Below, piece by piece: positions 57,565-64,000 of a stretch of DNA of 64,000 bases (the first letter of the stretch is position 1; every line of letters begins with the position of its first letter). The notes under the pieces are model-generated. The model made no database searches, was not told where the DNA came from, and saw nothing but the letters and a program-made list of their open reading frames with translations. Origin of the DNA: Dictyostelium discoideum (taxonomy: Eukaryota); NCBI GenBank assembly GCA_000004695.1, contig CM000151.3, forward strand, positions 5,216,001 through 5,280,000. The letters run 5' to 3'. Position numbers and translations under genes: made by a program.

Positions 57565-57677
57565 ATTATTTTAAAATTAGATTATTTTAAATTAAATTGG
57601 TTATAAATAAAAACTAAAAACAAAAATAATAAAAAAAAAATATCTTTTTTTTTTTAATATTTTTCAAACTGTTTCTG

Positions 57678-57710
<33 letters not shown>

Positions 57711-57797
57711 GATAGTTTCTTTTTTTATTTTCACTTTTTTTTTATTTTGTTTTGAGAAAAAAAAAAAAAAATAAAATACTTTGTTTTAAACAATAAA

Positions 57798-57809
57798 ATG
57801 ACATCATCA

Positions 57810-57847
<38 letters not shown>

Positions 57848-58512
57848 CTTTTATAATATTATAGATGATGAGTTAGGATATGCAAGATTATATGGATATA
57901 TTGATAGAGAGAAACAAAAAACTTTATCACCAGCATTAATTGAAAAGTATGAAAAAGAAGCAGATAAATATTGGGATAAATTTTATAGAAAGAATAATAG
58001 TAACTTTTTCAAAGATCGTCATTGGTTAGTTAGAGAATTTCCAGAATTTTTAAAAAACTCTGATAAAGAAGTTTCAAAAGAGAATCAATTATTAGCATTT
58101 GAAATTGGTTGTGGTGTTGGAAATACAACTATTCCCTTATTGGAATTAAATGATAATTTACATTTTGTATCATTTGATTTCTCTGAACATGCTGTAAAAT
58201 TATTAAATCAATCGGTTAGTGAAAATCCAAAAATTAATGGTAGATGTAAAGGTTTTGTTTATAATGCAATCGATGGTCCTTCGGGTTTACCAGATTATAT
58301 CGAAAATGATCAATTCGATTTAATTATCATTATATTCGTTTTATCAGCAATGGATCCAAAAACTATACCATCTGTAGTTGATATGTGTTATCGTACTTTA
58401 AAACCTGGTGGTAAAGTTTTAATTAGAGATTATGCAATTGATGATATGGCTCAATCAAGATTTGATAATAATAATCCAGATTTTGATAATAATGAAGAAG
58501 AAGATTTAGATG

Positions 58513-58606
<94 letters not shown>

Positions 58607-58823
58607 AATTAATGGTGGTAGTAAAAACAAATTGGGTGATAATTTTCATGTTAGATTTGATGGTACAAGAGCTTATTATTTTAGTTTAGAAGTTATGGAA
58701 TCATTGTATAAAGAAAAAGGTTTTAAAACTGAACAAAATCATTATATATTTAGACAAGTTTTAAATAGAAAAGATAATTATTTAATGGATAGAAAATTTA
58801 TACAATCAAAATTTATAAAATAA
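57798..58823 (+). CDS. METTL2/METTL6/METTL8-family SAM-dependent methyltransferase (tRNA m3C-type) with poly-Asn inserts; single exon.
   Basis: The family-specific N-terminal motif is WDKFYRKNNSNFFKDRHWLVREFPEF. The SAM-binding motif I is FEIGCGVGNT. Motif post-I/II is FVSFDFSEHAVK ... LIIIIFVLSAM ... GGKVLIRDY. The ORF is continuous for 341 aa. Confidence 0.8.
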
Positions 58824-59006
58824 AAAAAAAAAAAAAAAGAAAATAATTTAAATATATATACTTTATATATTTTTTATATTTATTTTTTTTTGTTTATTTT
58901 TTTGTATTATTATTCATTTAATAATTTATTTTATATTTATTTTATATTTTATTTTATATTTTATTTATTTTATATTTTATTTTATTTATTTTATATTTTA
59001 TTTATT

Positions 59007-60312
59007 TTAATTATCAAATGGATTTTTATCATCAAATGGATTTGGTGATTTTTGACCTTCAGGTTGTTGTTGTTGTGGTGGTTGATAAGTTTCTTGTGGA
59101 GAAGATTGATCAAAGGAATATTGTTGATGTTGTGAAGAGAAATCGGTTGGTGGTGATTGATGGAAAGTTTGTTGTGGTGGTGAATGTTGTTGTGGTGGTT
59201 GATATGGTTGTGGTGGTTGTTCTTCTTTATCTAAAGATAATTTTGAAAGATTAACTGTATTGGCATTGTTATTGTAATCTCCATAGGTATTTGGAGAGGT
59301 GGTGGAGGTGGTGTTAACTGGTGATTGAGAATTAAAGAGTTTATTTTCAGCAATAACCCACATTTTAATACATTCTTGAACCATTAATTGTTGCTCAGCA
59401 ACAAATTGTTTCATTTGAACGGCAACTTCTCTTTGAACATAGTTTACCATATCATTTGTGGCAGATATTAAATTGAGGGAGATTTGTTCATAATAGGCTT
59501 TAGCATTTTCATATTCAGTTGTTTTCTCTGCTAATTTTGTACCGGTATGTCCAGATTTTTGAGTTGATTTCAAATAGTTGAGAGCATTGTTATATTTGAT
59601 TCTACTCTCCTCTTGTTGTTTCTCTAAAGTAGCGACTTTTTTAACATGACCAACGTAAAGAGCTTCAATGTTTGTGGCAAATTTATCACAAAAGATTTGA
59701 GTATATTGTTGGAAATAAGTTGAAGAGTTTTTAATACCTTCACCAACTTCTCTTAATGAGTCTGATAATGGTAATGTTTGATTTATAATATAATTTGTAT
59801 GTGAAATCTTTTCACTAAATCTTTGTAAAATTACTGAAAAGGCAGTACCTTGTTGAACTTGTTTATCTATATATAGAAAAACCATGTAAAAATAAAATAA
59901 ATAAATAAATATTTTAATTGTTATTATAAATTAAAAAGATTATCTTAATTGAAAAAAATAATAATTCTTACCTGATGTTGCAAAATAATTTTTGGCTAAT
60001 TGAATTAATAATTTAATACTCCATTTCATATTTTTTAATGCAACTTTAGCATTTTGAACTTCATCTGATTCTGTCTCTAATTCAGTCATTGATGAGACTG
60101 CAGCATTCTTTGTTTTACTTAAAACATCTAAACCTATATATATTTTTAAATAATATATTAAAAAGATTTCAATTGTTTAATTGAAAATAAAAAATAAAAT
60201 AAAATAATCAAAAAAAAAAAAAAAATGAATATTTGAATATCTATCAACTTTAATGGTTATTAATTAATTTTAATTTTGTAAATTAATTTTTTTATTTACC
60301 TTTTTTAAACAT
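59007..60312 (-). CDS. BAR-domain-like helical protein with Pro/Gln-rich C-terminus. Exons 60300..60312, 59972..60133 and 59007..59866.
   Basis: The mini first exon is ATGTTTAAAAAAG|GTAAAT (MFKK). The acceptor tatatAG|GTTTAGATG gives GLDVLSKTKNAAVSSMTELETESDEVQNAKVALKNMKWSIKLLIQLAKNYFATS, with donor CAG|GTAAGA. The acceptor tatatAG|ATAAACAAG joins the ORF at 59007..59885 in phase (DKQVQQGTAFSVILQRFSEKISH...). The long amphipathic helices suggest a BAR/AH fold. The domain call is only by composition and pattern. Confidence 0.5.
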
Positions 60313-60825
60313 TTCGTCTTTTAATATATATGATAAAATTTATAAATGAATTAAAATTGAACAGTGGTGTGATATTATGTTTTATTTTTTTTTTTTTTTT
60401 GGTGGTTATGGTGTGAAATTAAAAATTTTTAATTATTTTTTTTTTAATTTTTTTTTTTTATTTTTTTTTTATTTTTTTCAATTATTTTCAATTTTATTAA
60501 TTTTGTTTATAATAAAATGATTTTCGACTTGCAACTAATCAAGGTTACAATAAAAATAAAAAAAAAAAAATAAAAAAAAAATAAAATAAAAAATAAAAAA
60601 AAAAAATAAAAAATAAAAAAAATAAAAAAAAAAAGGCATAACCCAGAGTGATCAATTATTTATTAATTTAATTAAAAACAATTAACAACTATATATTCTT
60701 TAAAAAAAAGATAAATAAAATTATTATATTTTAACTAAATTTAATTATTTTCTATCTTTAATTTTATTTATTTTTTAAATTTTATTTATTTATTTATTTA
60801 ATTTTATTTATTTTTTATTTATTTT

Positions 60826-61861
60826 TTATTTAAAATTTTCAACAAAACTATTTAAAAACATTAAATTATCTTCAATAATATTAAATCTTCTTCCATCTAA
60901 AAAATTATTATCATTTTGTTCAAGTATTGAAATAATGAAAGAATCAGCAATGAAATTATTATAAAAAGTTAAAGAATGTTCTTCTTGACAAACTTGTAAT
61001 GTTTTTACAAGGATTTGGATGATTGTATCATAATAGTATTTTACTGTTACCTCTTTTAACTGTTTTTTAACAGATTGTAAATATTGTAAATATTTATAAT
61101 GTGAAATGAAAAATTTAAATTGTTCATTACTTGCAGGATTTAAAGAATTTGAAACACACCAATACATATCAGTGATGATTCTATCATTAATTTTATATTG
61201 TAAATTTTGATGTGATTCTAATTGCTGCTTTACCAAATTGGCAATGATACCACTGTCAATGAGTTTTTGAAGTAATTTATCATCAATCGATGCAAGCACA
61301 TTTGAAATTGTCCAATAACAATCCCCAATAGTTTTAGATTGATTCGATTTCACTAATAGTTTTGAAACAATTGTTAAATAACCATCGACAATAAATTTCT
61401 TTATTAAATAATCACAATGTAAAATTAAATCACCAATACATTTCAATGTTGTTGAATTTAATTCAGCATAGGTTGATAATGAGTCTGTTGTTTTATCAAG
61501 AATTTCTAAAATGGTTTTGATAAATCCAATTTTAACTAAATATGGTGCAATTCCTTCATCATCACCAATTTCCTCAATTAATGATGAAATACCTTCAAAT
61601 GCTGTTGATATTATACTTTTATCTTTAATTGTATTCCATTTCTTTAATAATTCGACAATTGGTTGTAATAAACTTTTAATAGTTTTGAAATCTAATTCCT
61701 CCTCTTCTTTTTTAATACAAATATTTTTAAAATAATTAACTGATTTCTTTATTTCTATTTCATCTAATAATGATAATCCTTCTAAAATTTCTATTATTTT
61801 CTTATCCTTTTTTTTTTTTTTTTTAAATTTAAAATATTTTAATTATTATTTTCTACTTAAA

Positions 61862-61898
<37 letters not shown>

Positions 61899-61900
61899 AT
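60826..61900 (-). CDS. Hypothetical helical-repeat (ARM/HEAT-like) protein. Exons 61898..61900 (proposed ATG-only first exon) and 60826..61806.
   Basis: The minus-strand frame is open from about 61806 down to the stop at 60826 (..DKKIIEILEGLSLLDEIEIKK...TLKCIGDLILHCDYLIKKF...). It contains no in-frame ATG until deep inside; the track's M is a TTG. The only way to supply an initiator is ATG|GTAAAT at 61898..61900 spliced to aaaaAG|GATAAG. The 5' end is therefore low-confidence. Confidence 0.45.
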
Positions 61901-62270
61901 TATTTACCATTTATCTAATAGGTTTATTATTATTATTATTTTAACATACAACTATTTTTTTAAATGCAAATGAAACAAAAATGAATTTATAAGGATTTTT
62001 TAAAAAAACAAAAAAAAAAAAAAATTAAAAAATCTTCCAAATATTATGATTTTTCAAAGTATTTTCAGATTTTTAAAAAAAGATATTTTATGAATATCTC
62101 AATTATTCATGTTTAGAGTTCAATGTATTTTAAAATACATTTAAAGGGTGGACCATTTTTTTATTTTTTTTTTTTTTTTTATTTTTTTTTTTTTTTTAAT
62201 ATCTAATTTTATTTAAAAAAATTTTATTTTAATTTTTTTAATTCTTTTATTGTTTATATTTTTTACTTAA

Positions 62271-62840
62271 TTATTGTTGAGTTTGTTGTTCAGTTTGTTG
62301 TTGTTGTTGTTTATTTTCTTTTATAACAGAAAAAGATGCAACTTGTTGTTCAGTATCAGAGATATCGAAACTTGAGAATCTTTGGAATTTGTTAAGTTGT
62401 AAATTTTTATAAAAGATATATTGACAATAACGACCTTCGTTTGTGGTATCATCTAAACCTGATGCTCTTAAAGTATTATAGTTTTCAGTGTTAACTTTGG
62501 TTGTGATATAACTAAGGAAAATGATTGGCATATCAGCGTTCTTTTTAACGATTGCAGCAGCACCTTCAGTTTGTAATTTTCTATCTAAAACATCTTCAGT
62601 ATTACCAAAATGAGTAACAATAACATTGACTGGTGTTTCATCAATTAATAATACTGCATCGATAAGACATGCAAGTTCACCTTCTGGTGATGGTAAAATA
62701 ACTCTATCTGATGAAATGATTGGGAAAATTGTTAATAATGCACAACCCCATGTATTTCTTGATGGTTCTGGTCCAAAATCACTATACATCTATAAAATAT
62801 AATATTAAAATTAGAAAATATATAAATATATAAATATTGA

Positions 62841-62924
<84 letters not shown>

Positions 62925-64000
62925 CTTACATGTAATTCAGTTGCAATCCATTCAACTAAATCTCTATTTGAAGTCATAACTCTTGAAAGATCAGATTCTA
63001 ATAAACCAATGATATTTGCACCATGATCTTTAATTACTTTTGTAACATTTGGGAAACTATTTCTACCAAAATTATCATAACCAAAATGAATTGTCCAAAT
63101 CATTGATTTAATATCAGTTGGAGCAGTGTTTGTAACAGAGGTTGCTGTTAAATCTCTTGTATAATGATGACCTGCAATACTTGAATCAGTTGGATGAGTG
63201 ATTGCTCTATTTACAGAGAATAAAAGTAAAAGTACTAATAAACCAAATAGAATATTGAAAACATCTTTATTTGGATAAGAAGGTTGATCTTTATTTGATT
63301 TTTCTCTTTTAATTGATGATGAGGAAGATCCACCTGATGATCTTAATGATTTATATACAAATGCAATACCCGTTGCTAAAACACATGCTATAATTAATGT
63401 TTGATTACGTTCTCTTAATAATGTTGATCCTAACCACCATGGTACAAATTTCTAAAATATTAAAAAAAAAAAAATAAAAAAAAAAAAAAAGTTAATAAAT
63501 ATTAAATATTAAAAATAAAATTATTAAAAAAACTTATACATTACATATGAAACAACATAAATTGCCCAAAATAATAAAACAGTATAAGTTAACATAGCAG
63601 AAGTGAATAATTGACCTAATTTTTCAGTATTTGAAACTTTTTCAATTAAAACGATCCAAAGTGAATTACAATAAGCACCCAAGAGAGAAGCAGAGATTAA
63701 ACCAATGAAACCAACGATGAAAGGAACGGTACCAGAGCACCAACCAAAGATAGCGGATAAAATGAGAGCAAAGATGAAAAAGTTTCTAGAGGTAACGAGA
63801 TGTTTCTTCTTTGAGATCACTACACCAGCCATCATACCCAAGATAACGAAAAGACCATATGGGAAAGGATTGAGACCGACCCAACGTGGAATTAAACCAT
63901 AAGTTGAGAAAAGTAATTGGTTAAAGAAAATGATGCCACCAAATGAGACACCAGTGGCGATGGTTGAGCTTGAGGAGGTTTCATGCTCGATAGACCAAAT
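62271..64000 (-). CDS. CWH43/PGAP2-interacting-protein-like protein: multi-TM region plus C-terminal endonuclease/exonuclease/phosphatase (EEP) domain, 5'-partial (continues beyond window end). Exons 63545..64000(+), 62930..63451 and 62271..62789.
   Basis: The upstream exon is hydrophobic (..GLFVILGMMAGVVISKK..FIFALILSAIFGWCSGTVPFIVGFIGLISASLLGAYCNSLWIVLIEKV..) and ends at TCATAT|GTAATG. The acceptor ttttAG|AAATTTGTACCA opens a 174-codon exon ending ..MIWTIHFGYDNFGRNSFPNVTKVIKDHGANIIGLLESDLSRVMTSNRDLVEWIATELH|GTAAGT, an EEP motif I/II-like sequence. The acceptor ttatAG|ATGTATAGT opens the last exon MYSDFGPEPSRNTWGCALLTIFPI...THFGN.. to the stop at 62271. The frame is open to the window edge. 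Confidence 0.65.

Overview
The window is a gene-dense stretch of Dictyostelium discoideum-type nuclear DNA. The basis for that assignment is roughly 75-80% A+T, pervasive poly-Asn/poly-Gln coding tracts, short AT-rich introns (GTAAGT ... [T/A]n-AG, 60-350 nt, often very close to the ATG), and the identity of the encoded proteins. Coding regions are GC-richer islands between near-pure A/T spacers. I can support about 25 protein-coding genes on both strands, almost all with 1-3 small introns that I placed by hand from donor/acceptor consensus and frame continuity.

Recognisable genes include:
- class I PI3K catalytic C-terminus (partial)
- LIM-domain protein
- a roughly 2,100-aa protein with two C2 domains
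- CNOT9/Rcd1
- 12-TM guanylyl cyclase (gcaA-like)
- secreted lipase-class-2 protein
- NmrA-like protein
- two tandem P2X receptor paralogs
- 3-ketoacyl-CoA reductase (HSD17B12-like)
- UDP-glucose 4-epimerase
- two secreted low-complexity proteins
- BAR+RhoGAP protein
- RACK1 (gpbB)
- PQ-loop transporter
- CLN5 ortholog
- METTL2/6/8-type methyltransferase
- BAR-like protein
- CWH43/PGAP2IP-like protein (partial)

There is no prokaryotic-style system, CRISPR array, rRNA or convincing tRNA.

The most noteworthy items are:
- the tandem P2X duplication, whose second copy lacks a usable start codon in exon 1
- an hssA/B-like gene interrupted by an in-frame TGA
- a roughly 570-bp GC-enriched non-coding island (candidate ncRNA or TE relic) at 32.29-32.86 kb
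- a duplicated 61-aa ORF locus with one decayed copy
- G-rich (GBF/G-box-like) elements and a 77-bp tandem repeat in promoters

Coordinates are hand-counted from the numbered text and may be off by 1-3 nt, especially in homopolymer and AT(T)n runs. The supplied ORF track translates TTG/GTG starts as M, so many ORF 'M' starts are not real initiators.
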